Below are positions 25,938-35,995 of a DNA stretch of 64,000 nucleotides, in pieces; position 1 is the stretch's first letter; the number at the start of each line of letters is the position of its first letter. The position numbers and the translations under genes are program-made. The stretch is from Candidatus Magasanikiibacteriota bacterium (lineage in GTDB: Bacteria > Patescibacteriota > Patescibacteriia > Magasanikbacterales > GWA2-37-8). The DNA is taken from assembly GCA_016189025.1 (NCBI GenBank), contig JACPGS010000005.1, positions 385 to 64,384 on the forward strand, given 5' to 3'. The notes beneath the pieces are model-generated. The model was not told where the DNA came from and did not search any database. It saw only the letters and a program-made list of their open reading frames with translations.

Positions 25938-25985
25938 GGACGATGGGGCTGACCTCCTTTCTATTGCCCCATCGTCCGTTTTTTT
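25938..25985 (+). terminator. strong intrinsic terminator (12-bp stem GGACGATGGGGC / GCCCCATCGTCC plus T7)
   Basis: Perfect 12-bp stem followed by GTTTTTTT, downstream of the suf/ferredoxin genes. Confidence 0.6.
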
Positions 25986-26397
25986 ATCTCACCGTCGTCA
26001 CCACTGGCGTGGCGACGAGGCGGTTGACGTACCAGGGCGCGGCGAGTACCCGGCGCAGGTGGAAAGCGGCGAGGCGGGCGAATTCGCCGATACAGCCGCG
26101 AAATGAGCGGTAGCGCTCCAGTGCGAAAACGCACTGCCGCATCTCGGGGCGACTCCGGGGCTCAAACAAACACTGCTTATAGAGCGCCAGGAATCCGTCA
26201 AAATACTCTCTCTCCGAGGGCCAGTCGGATTCCCGCTCCACTGCCGGGCACTCGGGCGGCCAGAGTCCGGCGAGCACGCACCGACCGTAGGCGACTTCCC
26301 TGTCCTCCCCGAACGGGTTAAGGGTAGCAGGCGGGGAGGAATTGACCGCGGCGCACCCGGCAAGGGCGAGCCACCCGAGGCCGATAATGTAGCGCAT
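25984..26397 (-). CDS. hypothetical lipoprotein (138 aa)
   Basis: Start taken at MRYIIGLGWLALAGCAAV (signal peptide plus LAGC lipobox); GC-rich. Confidence 0.45.
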   Translation of the reverse strand: MRYIIGLGWLALAGCAAVNSSPPATLNPFGEDREVAYGRCVLAGLWPPECPAVERESDWPSEREYFDGFLALYKQCLFEPRSRPEMRQCVFALERYRSFRGCIGEFARLAAFHLRRVLAAPWYVNRLVATPVVTTVR

Positions 26398-26799
26398 GGC
26401 GCCCTCCTTTTCGGGTGCCTGACCCGAAGTTTTGGACTTGAAAAAAGAGCCGCTGGCGCGGCCCTGGGCAAACAAAAAGGCAGCGAACAGCTGCCTACTA
26501 TAACATTTTCTGCCACCACTGTCAAGAGATGGGGTGCTCGGGGTGAAGAAACCGTGCGCCCCGACGCTCTAATTTTGGCTTCGTGCCCGACAGCCCCGTT
26601 AAGAGCGCCCCATTCTGTCTCCTTCCGTACGCCGACGGCCACGTGGGCGGAGAAATCAGCCAGACGCCAAAGAACACTAGGGCGGTGCTGCCTCCGAAAA
26701 AGCAGCTGGCCGCCGTCTTTGCGTGGGCTGATCCTGTTGCCCCGCATTGGTCGCTTCACCCCGAGCTTCCTCTATTATACCAAAACAAGATTAGGGAAG

Positions 26800-29526
26800 T
26801 CAAACTACTGCCGCTTTCTGACTCCGCCGCAATATCAGTTTATAAAACTCCCCCCCTACCAGCACCAAAGAAGATAAGAGCGCCGCTAGCACCAACTCGC
26901 CCGCGCCCGGCGCCGTAAACCGGAAAACGCGCTGCAGCAGAGGCACGTAAAGCACTACCGCCATTAACATTACCGAAGCCAATACGGTGAGCGGCACCCA
27001 AGGGTTGCGCGGCAGGGCGCGGCTGAAGCAAGAGTGCTTCAGCGAACGCAGATTCCAAACGTTGATAATCTGGGTGAGCGACATAATCACGAACGCTGCG
27101 GTGCGCGCCGAATTGATGCCTTGCGGCAAATACCAACGGAAGGCCGCAATCGTTAACGCCACCATAATTATCGTCATCAGAATTAAAAACGGAAAAATAC
27201 TGCGGGTAAGAATCGGCTCATCTTTATGCTTGGGCGGCTCGCGCAAGGCATCAGCCGCGCCCGGCTCCAGGGCCAGCCCCACCGTATTAAATCCGTCAGT
27301 CACCAAATTAAGCCACAGCACATGAATGGGAAGCAGAGGCAAAGGGAAACCGAGGAAAAGAGTAACCACAATGGTGGCCATTTCCGCAAAGTTGGTGGTA
27401 AGCAGGTAATAACTGGCTTTGCGGGTGTTATCAAACACAATCCGCCCTTCCTCAATGGCGTTAACAATGCTGGCAAAATTATCATCCGCCAAAATCAGGT
27501 GGCTCGCCTCGCGGGCCACGTCAGTCCCCACCACTCCCATGGCAATGCCGATGTCAGCGCGCTTTAAGGCCGGCGCATCGTTCACTCCGTCGCCGGTCAT
27601 TGCCACAATTTCGCCCTGGCGCTGGAGCAGTTCGGCAATCTGCAATTTGCGCGCCGGAGTAAGGCGGGCAAAGATGCTGACGGTGTTAACCGCCCGAGCA
27701 AAACCCGCCGGGTCCAAAGCCGCCAGTTCGGTTTCCGTCAAGGCTGGCTCTCCTTCCTTTACTAGGCCAATCCGTTTACCGATGGCCAGGCCGGTCGCGG
27801 CATGGTCGCCGGTCGCCATAATAACGCGAATCCCGGCCCCCCGCGCCCGCGCTACTGCGGCGGACACCTCGGCGCGCGGCGGGTCCATCATACCCACTAA
27901 CCCGACCAAAGTAAGCGACTCTACAAAAGTATCAGCCACATCAGTAATCGGGGTGTCCGCCGCGCGATAAGCCAAGGCAATCACCCGCATGGCCTCGCCG
28001 GAAAGCGCCTCAACCTTCTGCTCCAGGTGCTGCCGCGCCGCCAAATCTAAAACCTGCTCCCCGGCGCCGACCAGTACGTTCTGGCAACGCGCCAGCAATA
28101 CCTCCGGCGCCCCCACGGCGTAAAGATAACGCCGCCCCCCATCCTTTGCTTCTTCAATTAACGACGCTCGGTATTTACGGTCAGAATTAAACGGCAAATC
28201 TGCTAGGCGCCGTTCGCTTTCTTCCACCACCTCGCGCTTCAGGCCAGCCTTTTCTGCGAGCACCACTAAGGCTCCTTCGGTCGGATCGCCGATTATTTTA
28301 TAACCATCATTTTCCTCTTTCACCAACTCCGCGTTATTGCAGAGCAGAGCAATATGCAGCAGCCGATCCAGCGCCGGATTCTCCAGGGGAATCAAGTCGC
28401 GCCTCTCCCCCCCGGGAATCTGCTCTTGGAAATTGCCGTGCGGCTCCCAACCAATGCCGGTTACCGTAATCTCTTCACCGCTGCCTAACACCACGGTAGC
28501 CACCCGGAGGGTATTCTCGGTCAGGGTGCCGGTTTTATCAGTAATAATAACCGTTGCTACTCCCAGCGTTTCCGTGGTAGGGAGGGTCCGGATAATCGCC
28601 CGGCGCCGCGCCATGCGATAAGCGCCGACCGCAAGCACAATGGTTAACACCGCCGGCAACCCCTCGGGAATGGCGGAAACCAAAGTCGCTACCGAAAACA
28701 GAAAAATGTCCACAAACCCCAAACCGCGCAGGAAAAAACCCACCCCAAAAGTAACCGCGGCTCCGACGAGCGCTACGGCCCCCATGTGCCGCACTAACTC
28801 CCGGCTCTTGCGTTCAAAATGGCTGGGGGCGGGCTTGACTTGCGCCATTAAGGTTGCCACTTGTCCAATGGCAGTGGAGAGGCCGGTAGCAACCACTACC
28901 CCCCGCGCGGTGCCGCTGGCCAAAAAAGTGGACATCCATACCATATTGCGACGATCGGCGAGCGCCGTTTCCCCGGGCAGCGCCTCGGTGTGTTTTTCCA
29001 CCGGCAACGACTCGCCGGTCAGCGAGGCTTCCACGGCGCGGCAGCCAGTGGCTTCGGAAAGCCGCGCGTCCGCCGGCACCCGATCGCCTTCTTCCAGCAG
29101 AATAATGTCGCCCGGCACCAGTTCGCGCGCCGGCAGCTGCACTACTTCGCCGTCGCGGTAGCATTTGGCCTGGGCAATAATCAATTTTTTCAGGGCGGCA
29201 ATGGCCTGGTCAGCGCGATACTCCTGCACAAAACCAATAATGGCATTGAGCACCACTATTCCGAGAATTACGTAAGTATCAAGCAGGTGCCCAAACCACC
29301 AGGAAATTGCCGCCGCCACAATCAAAATGTAAACCAGGATGTTTTTAAACTGACGCAAAAAAATCAACGCCGGGTGGACGCGCCCCCGGGCCGGTAATTC
29401 ATTGCTGCCGTATTGGGCTAACCGCTCGGCGGCCACCGCGGCCGACAAGCCAGTACGGCTAGTCTGTAGTTTTTCCCAAACCTCCGGCACCGGCAAACTA
29501 TGCCAGTGATTATTAGGATAATTCAT
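26800..29526 (-). CDS. P-type cation-transporting ATPase (P2-type, SERCA/MgtA-like)
   Basis: DKTGTLT phosphorylation motif and TGDGVNDAPAL hinge motif; about 10 TM helices; 908 aa. Confidence 0.9.
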   Translation of the reverse strand: MNYPNNHWHSLPVPEVWEKLQTSRTGLSAAVAAERLAQYGSNELPARGRVHPALIFLRQFKNILVYILIVAAAISWWFGHLLDTYVILGIVVLNAIIGFVQEYRADQAIAALKKLIIAQAKCYRDGEVVQLPARELVPGDIILLEEGDRVPADARLSEATGCRAVEASLTGESLPVEKHTEALPGETALADRRNMVWMSTFLASGTARGVVVATGLSTAIGQVATLMAQVKPAPSHFERKSRELVRHMGAVALVGAAVTFGVGFFLRGLGFVDIFLFSVATLVSAIPEGLPAVLTIVLAVGAYRMARRRAIIRTLPTTETLGVATVIITDKTGTLTENTLRVATVVLGSGEEITVTGIGWEPHGNFQEQIPGGERRDLIPLENPALDRLLHIALLCNNAELVKEENDGYKIIGDPTEGALVVLAEKAGLKREVVEESERRLADLPFNSDRKYRASLIEEAKDGGRRYLYAVGAPEVLLARCQNVLVGAGEQVLDLAARQHLEQKVEALSGEAMRVIALAYRAADTPITDVADTFVESLTLVGLVGMMDPPRAEVSAAVARARGAGIRVIMATGDHAATGLAIGKRIGLVKEGEPALTETELAALDPAGFARAVNTVSIFARLTPARKLQIAELLQRQGEIVAMTGDGVNDAPALKRADIGIAMGVVGTDVAREASHLILADDNFASIVNAIEEGRIVFDNTRKASYYLLTTNFAEMATIVVTLFLGFPLPLLPIHVLWLNLVTDGFNTVGLALEPGAADALREPPKHKDEPILTRSIFPFLILMTIIMVALTIAAFRWYLPQGINSARTAAFVIMSLTQIINVWNLRSLKHSCFSRALPRNPWVPLTVLASVMLMAVVLYVPLLQRVFRFTAPGAGELVLAALLSSLVLVGGEFYKLILRRSQKAAVV

Positions 29527-29548
29527 AGGTCAACGCCTATCATTGGAC

Positions 29549-29724
29549 GGTAGAAGAATACTAACTCATTATCCGCCTAGTCGCTATCGCTATTGCTAAA
29601 ATTTACTTGGTTGGTCGCGGCAGATACTCTTTGAGTGCTCCCCCGACTAAGTCGGGGTGCGCGCCCAAAGACACTCGTCTGCCGCTCCCGGATGCTAGCT
29701 GGTTGTTTTTGTTCTTCTCCAGTC
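29549..29724. repeat. MITE-like element family C, copy 2
   Basis: TIR-like GGTAGAAGAA / TTCTTCTCCAGT. Internal blocks are homologous to copy 1. Core CCCCGACTAAGTCGGGG at 29641..29657. ORF 29577..29768 is an artefact of the repeat. Confidence 0.7.
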
Positions 29725-29739
29725 TCATCATAACATAAA

Positions 29740-32061
29740 CTAGCGTTTCCAAAAACGCCCCTGCTCAAACATCTGGCGTTTCCAGCGGTAAAAATGCCGG
29801 TAATCGCACAGGGTTAACTCGGCCGAAGCGCGGTAATCATAATCCGCAGGACACTCTACCTGGCTCGGTATTGAATAATCAATTCTCCGCTTGCCGGCCT
29901 GGTCAAGCTGATTGATATACAACCCCAGCTCATGCATGCCGAGCAAGTTAGGATAAGCGCGCCGATCGTCAAAAATTGAGTGTCCTTCAAATGAATTGAG
30001 CATATTAATACCCAGGAGCTGCAATAAAGTCGGGGTAAAATCCAACCCCGACGAGTATAAGTCTACTTCTTTAGGCAGGACCGTATCCGGAACATAAAGC
30101 AAAAAAGCATTTTCGTCGTAAAAAGTTAGCTTACCGGCTTCGGCCGGGAACAAATCGCGGGTAAACGCGGCCGGAAATACCGCGTGGTCACCCACGGCCA
30201 CCACGATAGTATTGGTAGCGTACCGGCTGGCCTGAAACTCCTGCCAAAATTTACCAAACGCGTCGTCGGTAGTGCGAAAAGCGTTTAGCAGGGTGCTTTT
30301 GCCGTCGCCGTAAGTCAGCCCGTCTTTGGCCAGGTTAAACGGCGGATGAGTGTCTACCGTAGAAAGCATAACTAAAAACGGCTCGCGCGCCCGCTCTCCA
30401 ATAATCTGCCACAGCGCCGGCAGCATCTGATGATCCGAATATCCCCAAGATTTAGGCGCCGCCTCAATCCAGCGGGCGAGTTCCGCGGTGCCGTACACTT
30501 CCTGCGTTCCCATGCTGGCAAAAATGCCGTCTTTATTGGCAAAATCTTTTTGTACGGCAGTAATATAAGCGCTATATTGATAACCAGAGCGATGAAGTGC
30601 TTCCGGCAGACACAACAAACGATGGCGCTTGAGTTTGCGCTCGTTCTGAATTTCTTCGTGGCCGGTGGGCGGCAAAAATGAACACAACTGGGAGAGGAGA
30701 CCGGTAACGGTAGGAGTGGAAGCATTGTAATATTTTTTAAAAATGGTGGTGTCGGGATTCCCGGCCATGGCTTCCAGCCCCGGAGTAAGGCCGGGGAAAC
30801 GTTTGCTGTAAACGCTGGTTAAACGGGTAGAATAAGATTCCAAAAAAATGATAATGATATTGGGGCGCTGTTGCCGGAATTTCTCCGGCAGGAGCCGGGC
30901 CGTATTAGTAGGGCTATACACGAACGGCCGCTCGGCAATATAGAACGTGTCGGGATTATAGCGCAAACCGAAACGTTCTAACTTAGAGCGCACGGCCGGA
31001 TTGAGCACCAACGGCGCTTGGGGACGGAAATAGTACTCATAAAATGATTTAGCCACCGCCCGCTCCGGCGTGGTGCGGAAAGATGCCAGGCCAAACCAGG
31101 CGAACAATGCCAGAATAATTACTCCCGCCTGATAAAACTGCCAGTAACGCGCCGGCGCCTGGCGGTGGGCCCGGGCGACGCGTTTAATTACCAAAACAAA
31201 ACCGACTGTTACTACCGCTAGCAGCGACAGGAGCGGCACCGTAGAACTATTCTTTACCACTTCTCCCCCGCCCCGCAGATGCTGCAGCGCGACCGGCGAC
31301 AGCGGTAGTCCGGAATAATACAGCACGCCCACGTTCACGGTCCAAAAAAATAAGCCGACCACAAAAAACCCTGACCACAGGGTAACCACCAGGTAACGCC
31401 ACCATCCCTCAAGCTTCCAGAATAACCAGCCGCCCGCCGCAAACCCCACCAGCCAGAATAAACTCATCGCTAGGGCGCGGAATACTACAATATTGGGAAA
31501 ACGAACATTAGAATCCAGAATATAAAAACGCCAGCTGGCGTACTGCACCGCTGCTTGCACCAAAAAAATAAAAAACACCAGGGCAAACACGTGCGCGTGC
31601 ACCGTAAGCCAAGGAGCAGCCGCCGGATGACGCGCCAGCGCACTGCGCAGCTGCCAAAAAAACAGCAGTAATACCAAAGAAACGTAGATTAAACTGGCTA
31701 GTTCATTGCGCAAGAAAAAAGTAACGAACAGCAACGAACCAGCGGCAAACAGCCGATCCAGGAGCAAGGCAAATTCAGCGCGCCAAAAAGGATGGCGCCG
31801 AAAGCGCTGAACCAGATACAAATAAAGTAGCACGCCCAGCCGATAACCCAGGTACACCGCCGCCCAGGTGAGCAGAGAAATAACGACAAAGCGCTCGTGG
31901 GGAGAAATGGTCCAAACTTTTACCCGGCGCGGCAGATGATACCAATTCCAGCCGGCGGCAATGATAAAAGACCCAGCTATCGCATATAAGCTGGGAAAGA
32001 AACGACGAAAAAAATATTGCCCCAAAGAAATTTTCATTGTGGCGCTAGATTTAAATTTCAC
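29740..32061 (-). CDS. LTA-synthase-family sulfatase (N-terminal polytopic membrane domain + extracellular alkaline-phosphatase-superfamily domain)
   Basis: Several TM helices, then a sulfatase-like domain (IIIFLESYSTR..., VGDHAVF). The annotated start is GTG overlapping the hpf stop; an ATG alternative lies at 32037. Confidence 0.75.
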   Translation of the reverse strand: MKFKSSATMKISLGQYFFRRFFPSLYAIAGSFIIAAGWNWYHLPRRVKVWTISPHERFVVISLLTWAAVYLGYRLGVLLYLYLVQRFRRHPFWRAEFALLLDRLFAAGSLLFVTFFLRNELASLIYVSLVLLLFFWQLRSALARHPAAAPWLTVHAHVFALVFFIFLVQAAVQYASWRFYILDSNVRFPNIVVFRALAMSLFWLVGFAAGGWLFWKLEGWWRYLVVTLWSGFFVVGLFFWTVNVGVLYYSGLPLSPVALQHLRGGGEVVKNSSTVPLLSLLAVVTVGFVLVIKRVARAHRQAPARYWQFYQAGVIILALFAWFGLASFRTTPERAVAKSFYEYYFRPQAPLVLNPAVRSKLERFGLRYNPDTFYIAERPFVYSPTNTARLLPEKFRQQRPNIIIIFLESYSTRLTSVYSKRFPGLTPGLEAMAGNPDTTIFKKYYNASTPTVTGLLSQLCSFLPPTGHEEIQNERKLKRHRLLCLPEALHRSGYQYSAYITAVQKDFANKDGIFASMGTQEVYGTAELARWIEAAPKSWGYSDHQMLPALWQIIGERAREPFLVMLSTVDTHPPFNLAKDGLTYGDGKSTLLNAFRTTDDAFGKFWQEFQASRYATNTIVVAVGDHAVFPAAFTRDLFPAEAGKLTFYDENAFLLYVPDTVLPKEVDLYSSGLDFTPTLLQLLGINMLNSFEGHSIFDDRRAYPNLLGMHELGLYINQLDQAGKRRIDYSIPSQVECPADYDYRASAELTLCDYRHFYRWKRQMFEQGRFWKR

Positions 32062-32411
32062 TCCTGGTATTCCTTATTCTCCCGCACGATCTCTTTGGTC
32101 TTCTTCAACTCTCCCCGCAGTTTAGCCTTATGCTTTTTCAACCGCCGCTCCAGGTGGTCTTTAAGCGAATCAACCGCTTCGTAAAGGCTGCTGGCTTCGC
32201 GGCGCACAAATACGTCATAACCCGGCACCTCCAGCCGCCCCTCGGCAAAAAAGAGATTGCCCTGCTGGTGGCGTTTAGTGTCTTCGCCGAGCACAATATC
32301 CGCCCGGATAATGCCGGAGAAAAACTTGGCGACGGCATTGAGCTTTTTGCCGACGTAATCTTCAATGGCGTCGGTCAGGCGCACGCCGCGTCCCGAGATG
32401 ATGATTTGCAT
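32058..32411 (-). CDS. hpf: ribosome hibernation promoting factor (HPF/RaiA family)
   Basis: MQIIISGRGVRLTDAIEDYVGKKL is a canonical HPF N-terminus. Confidence 0.8.
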   Translation of the reverse strand: MQIIISGRGVRLTDAIEDYVGKKLNAVAKFFSGIIRADIVLGEDTKRHQQGNLFFAEGRLEVPGYDVFVRREASSLYEAVDSLKDHLERRLKKHKAKLRGELKKTKEIVRENKEYQE

Positions 32412-32519
32412 AAATGGATTAATAAAATAATACTCAATAATGCTAACTGGTTATTACTATTCTTCCACCATCTCACTATATCGTAATAAAGAAAGGCGGC
32501 CGCGTCAACCCAGAAAAGG

Positions 32520-33473
32520 TTAGGGCCTCACCACCATTACCTCCGGCTCCAGCGCTACCCCAAACTTATCGTACACCCGGCGCTGGGCTTCCTCGGCCAC
32601 TGCTAACACATCAGTCTGGGTAGCGCCACCTAGATTAACAATAAAATTAGCGTGTTCCGAGGAGACTTGCGCCCCGCCCACCCGATAACTTTTAAGCCCG
32701 GCCTGCTCAATCAGCCAGCCCGCGGCAATTTTCTGGTACTGCCGAAAGCGTTCCGGGAGTTCCGCCGGGTCGCGTTTCCATTCGGTTAAAAATACGTTTT
32801 TGAAAAAACTGCCGGCCGAGGGCGCGCGCGCCTGCTTGGCTCGGCGCTCGGCGATAATTTGCTGGGTAATGGCCAGGGAGTCCGCCGTCCGGCCCGGCGC
32901 CAACTGTATCCGCGCCGCGAGCACTACGTCCGGACCATGCTTAAAGATGCTGTCGCGGTAACCAAACTCACACTCCGCTGCCGTCAGCTCTACCACTTCC
33001 CCATCGCGCCAGGCCGTTACCGAAATTATAAAATCTTTTAACTCCCCTTGCGCCGTCGCATAGCGCGCGCCGGCGTTCCCCCGCACCGCCCCGCCGACCG
33101 TGCCCGGAATTCCAGCCGCCCACTCCAGCCCGGTTAAACTGTGTGCCACCGACAAATTCACCCAGTCGCCCAACGAATAGCCGGCCGAGGCTGCCAGCTT
33201 GTCCCCCTCGGCGCGCGCGGCGGATACCAAATTCCGCACCACCACTCCGGGCAAACCCTCATCGGGCAACAACAAATTTGACCCCCCGCCCAGAATAAAA
33301 TACGGGATTCCTTCGCCGGAAACAAAATTAAGCAGTGCTACCAGCTGATCATTGTCAGATACTTCAACCAACCATTCTGCCGGCCCGCCGATTTTGAAGG
33401 TAGTGTATTTGGCGAGCGGCGCGTTAGCCCGGACGCGGCCGAAATTTTTTAATTCTTTAAGCAATCCAAGCAT
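32520..33473 (-). CDS. murB: UDP-N-acetylenolpyruvoylglucosamine reductase MurB
   Basis: FAD-binding PCMH domain (FKIGGPAEW, ILGGGSNLL) and a MurB C-terminal domain. Confidence 0.85.
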   Translation of the reverse strand: MLGLLKELKNFGRVRANAPLAKYTTFKIGGPAEWLVEVSDNDQLVALLNFVSGEGIPYFILGGGSNLLLPDEGLPGVVVRNLVSAARAEGDKLAASAGYSLGDWVNLSVAHSLTGLEWAAGIPGTVGGAVRGNAGARYATAQGELKDFIISVTAWRDGEVVELTAAECEFGYRDSIFKHGPDVVLAARIQLAPGRTADSLAITQQIIAERRAKQARAPSAGSFFKNVFLTEWKRDPAELPERFRQYQKIAAGWLIEQAGLKSYRVGGAQVSSEHANFIVNLGGATQTDVLAVAEEAQRRVYDKFGVALEPEVMVVRP

Positions 33474-33475
33474 AG

Positions 33476-33766
33476 CTATTTTACCACAATATTTTGCACC
33501 CGCCCCACCTGGCCGCTCGTCAGCCGCACTTTTATACCATGCGGGTGGGTAGCAGAATTCGTCAAAATCTCGGCCACCATGCCGCGGGTCAATGCCCCGG
33601 TGCGCTGGTCGGCTTTCTGGTCGGCTTTAAGGATAATTTCTACTTCTAGCCCTGGGTAGATATCGGAGCGGTTTTGGGCGGGCATATATTTAATTTTACC
33701 GCCCCACCCGTTCACCGAGGCGGTGGTCAAGAGGACATTCATGAAGTTATTGGTTAAATTTTCCAC
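33476..33766 (-). CDS. hypothetical protein, YwbE/DUF2196-like
   Basis: C-terminal ...HPHGIKVRLTSGQVGRVQNIV pattern. Confidence 0.4.
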   Translation of the reverse strand: MENLTNNFMNVLLTTASVNGWGGKIKYMPAQNRSDIYPGLEVEIILKADQKADQRTGALTRGMVAEILTNSATHPHGIKVRLTSGQVGRVQNIVVK

Positions 33767-33944
33767 CTTTCAATAATTTATGATCCAATTGCACATGCGT
33801 AAAAAATTTCCACACCGCCCCGCAATCCGGACAGGTTAAATCAATTGAGTCGTCACTCGGCAAGGCTAACAACCCATCTGTATCTAAATCTTTTTTGCAA
33901 TACATGCATTTGAATTGGCCGGGAAAATAGTAACGATCACTCAT
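33747..33944 (-). CDS. small zinc-ribbon protein (65 aa)
   Basis: CxxC...CxxC arrangement (CMYCKK ... CPDCG). Confidence 0.4.
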   Translation of the reverse strand: MSDRYYFPGQFKCMYCKKDLDTDGLLALPSDDSIDLTCPDCGAVWKFFTHVQLDHKLLKGGKFNQ

Positions 33945-33958
33945 ATTTTTTAATTAAA

Positions 33959-34162
33959 TTATTTTTTAAATCCCTGCCAGATTAATGCTAATGTTAGAAT
34001 TACTAAAACGGTGGTTAAAGTAACCATTGCGATACTGGCCTTTTTTGTTGAGGAATCAAGTTTATTAATTGAATCTACCAGTTGTTTAGAACTCCTCTCA
34101 ACGCTTTGTACGACTGGAGTAGTAGACGTGCTGAAATCTCCTGGTGGAATAATATTAGGCAT
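33959..34162 (-). CDS. small single-TM membrane protein (67 aa)
   Basis: C-terminal hydrophobic helix; overlaps the hsdS stop (co-transcribed). Confidence 0.3.
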   Translation of the reverse strand: MPNIIPPGDFSTSTTPVVQSVERSSKQLVDSINKLDSSTKKASIAMVTLTTVLVILTLALIWQGFKK

Positions 34163-34166
34163 AAAT

Positions 34167-35516
34167 TTATGACTTACCTTTTTCCATCATCTCCTCAACC
34201 TTTCGTTTCGCCTCCGCCAACAGCTCCTTTGCTTTCTTTCGTGCTGCATGCGATGCTCGGACCAGGTCAGTAATTTTCTTTTGCGTTGCCGCTGGCAAAA
34301 TGGGGATTAATAAATTTTTTATATCCTTGTAACTAATGTTAGTTTGCACGCCACCCGTTCCAATTCTTGCTAATTGATCTTTACCTATAATTGAGTTAAG
34401 CAACAACACTAAATAATCGGGGTCAATATCCTTTGGTTTGAAATGCAGAATCCGCTGATTAATGCTGCACTTTTGAATGTCTGGAGGAATTAAAGAAGTC
34501 AAACCGATTGAACCAGACATTGATAAAACAATATCCCCCGGTCGTGCTAAATCTTTTTTAGAGAGAGAAGCGTCTTTCTCGGTAATATAGGCTGTGTCAG
34601 AAAGATCAAGCACGCCCTTCCCTATGTTATTAATTCTAATTAACGGTATGCCATTCTCCTGATAATTCTCACTTTTGAAAGGAAAACCCGTTGAATAATC
34701 TTTTATACAATCTTCTAACATCTTTACTGCTTTTTCTCTTATCTTTTTAATCAAATTATTATACAAGGGTTGATAAAATTCCGCATCCATCCGTTCGGCC
34801 GATTTAACATCGGAAAAATTAACTACGGTGTATGGTTCATTTTCTGTTTCAAAATTTTCTAAGCCTAATTCTTGTAAAAGCAGCTGTTCGGCTTGATGAT
34901 AAAATTTTCCAGCATCTTCTTTTTGATTGTGAATCTCTAAACATATTTGCTCAATTTTCTTTTGTTCATTTTCGCTAAAAATTGGTATTTTTATCTCTTT
35001 AATATTGGGAATATTTAAATTTGGTTGCGCCATGCCTGTTTGGAGCCGTAGGGTCTGAAAAATACCATATTTAGTGTTTAAAAAAAGGCCGGCAAAAAAC
35101 GGATTAACTTTATTAAACCGCACCCTAATTGTGTAAGAGCCAAAGGTGGCGCCTCTTAATTTTGGATAAACTACACTGGTTGCACCGGTGTTAGCCCCAC
35201 TTCTCGTAATTAAGCAATCTCCTGCCTCAAGTTTATATTCTGGTGGTACTTTCGCTCCATCAATTTTTAAAATTTCACCATCAATATCATAATCAAAAAG
35301 ATTCATGGCTCGTATGAAATCTACACCTCTCTCTAAATAATCGGGCTCTAAATACAGACCATACCTAACATCGCTTGTCAATGCACCGATTGTAGATGCT
35401 TTGGATAATTTTTTCATTGCATCCAAATACTCCGGCTGGTAATACTCCGCATCCAGCCGGTGCGCGCCTTCCAGTTGGGATTTTTGGATAATTGAACAGG
35501 CAATCACACAAATCAT
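34167..35516 (-). CDS. hsdS: type I restriction-modification specificity subunit HsdS (two target-recognition domains)
   Basis: Duplicated RLDAEYYQPEY / RMDAEFYQPLY conserved regions and a coiled-coil C-terminus. Confidence 0.85.
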   Translation of the reverse strand: MICVIACSIIQKSQLEGAHRLDAEYYQPEYLDAMKKLSKASTIGALTSDVRYGLYLEPDYLERGVDFIRAMNLFDYDIDGEILKIDGAKVPPEYKLEAGDCLITRSGANTGATSVVYPKLRGATFGSYTIRVRFNKVNPFFAGLFLNTKYGIFQTLRLQTGMAQPNLNIPNIKEIKIPIFSENEQKKIEQICLEIHNQKEDAGKFYHQAEQLLLQELGLENFETENEPYTVVNFSDVKSAERMDAEFYQPLYNNLIKKIREKAVKMLEDCIKDYSTGFPFKSENYQENGIPLIRINNIGKGVLDLSDTAYITEKDASLSKKDLARPGDIVLSMSGSIGLTSLIPPDIQKCSINQRILHFKPKDIDPDYLVLLLNSIIGKDQLARIGTGGVQTNISYKDIKNLLIPILPAATQKKITDLVRASHAARKKAKELLAEAKRKVEEMMEKGKS

Positions 35517-35995
35517 TTAATAAGGGGGCCTAGAATATAAGTTTCTAAAACTTTTTGGATTCCTAATTTAACCTGTGTTCCTTGTTTAAATATGGCCTCA
35601 TCTAATCTGCCATCCCCATAAGAAAGCGCAGCCTGATCAAAGTCAACCAAAGAATTATAACGAATTATTTCTCTATAGATAGGATTCAAAGTTTTTATCA
35701 TATCTCCAGGCAGTATCCCTGCGTTCAGTTTTGCCATTTCGTAAGCTTTATCTAGAAACCGTATTTTAGCACCGTTTACCATTATATTGTCACTCAAAGA
35801 TAAATTGAAGTCTAGTTCCTCTTTTAGATAATTAAGAATCTGTTTTACTAAATCTCTTTCATGCTCCAGCCGCCTTTGTACATCTAACTCTGCTGTCTCA
35901 CGTATCGATTTGATTGTTGCAAAATAGGTTACGCCCGCACCTATTATTGAACCAAAAAAGCCGCTTAATAAATTTCCCCATTCCATATTAAACAA
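35513..35995 (-). CDS. hypothetical membrane-anchored protein (160 aa) inserted between hsdM and hsdS
   Basis: N-terminal TM helix (LLSGFFGSIIGAGVTYFATI). Overlaps both neighbours by 4-8 nt, implying translational coupling. Confidence 0.5.
   Translation of the reverse strand: MFNMEWGNLLSGFFGSIIGAGVTYFATIKSIRETAELDVQRRLEHERDLVKQILNYLKEELDFNLSLSDNIMVNGAKIRFLDKAYEMAKLNAGILPGDMIKTLNPIYREIIRYNSLVDFDQAALSYGDGRLDEAIFKQGTQVKLGIQKVLETYILGPLIK

Noticed and set aside
26554-26918. ORFs 26554..26877 and 26583..26918 in the 400-bp GC-rich spacer before the P-type ATPase
   Set aside because: Pro/Arg-rich low-complexity translations with no RBS; treated as non-coding, though a small gene cannot be excluded.
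29577-29768. 63-aa ORF inside MITE-C copy 2
   Set aside because: It lies entirely within the repeat element and has no translation signals.
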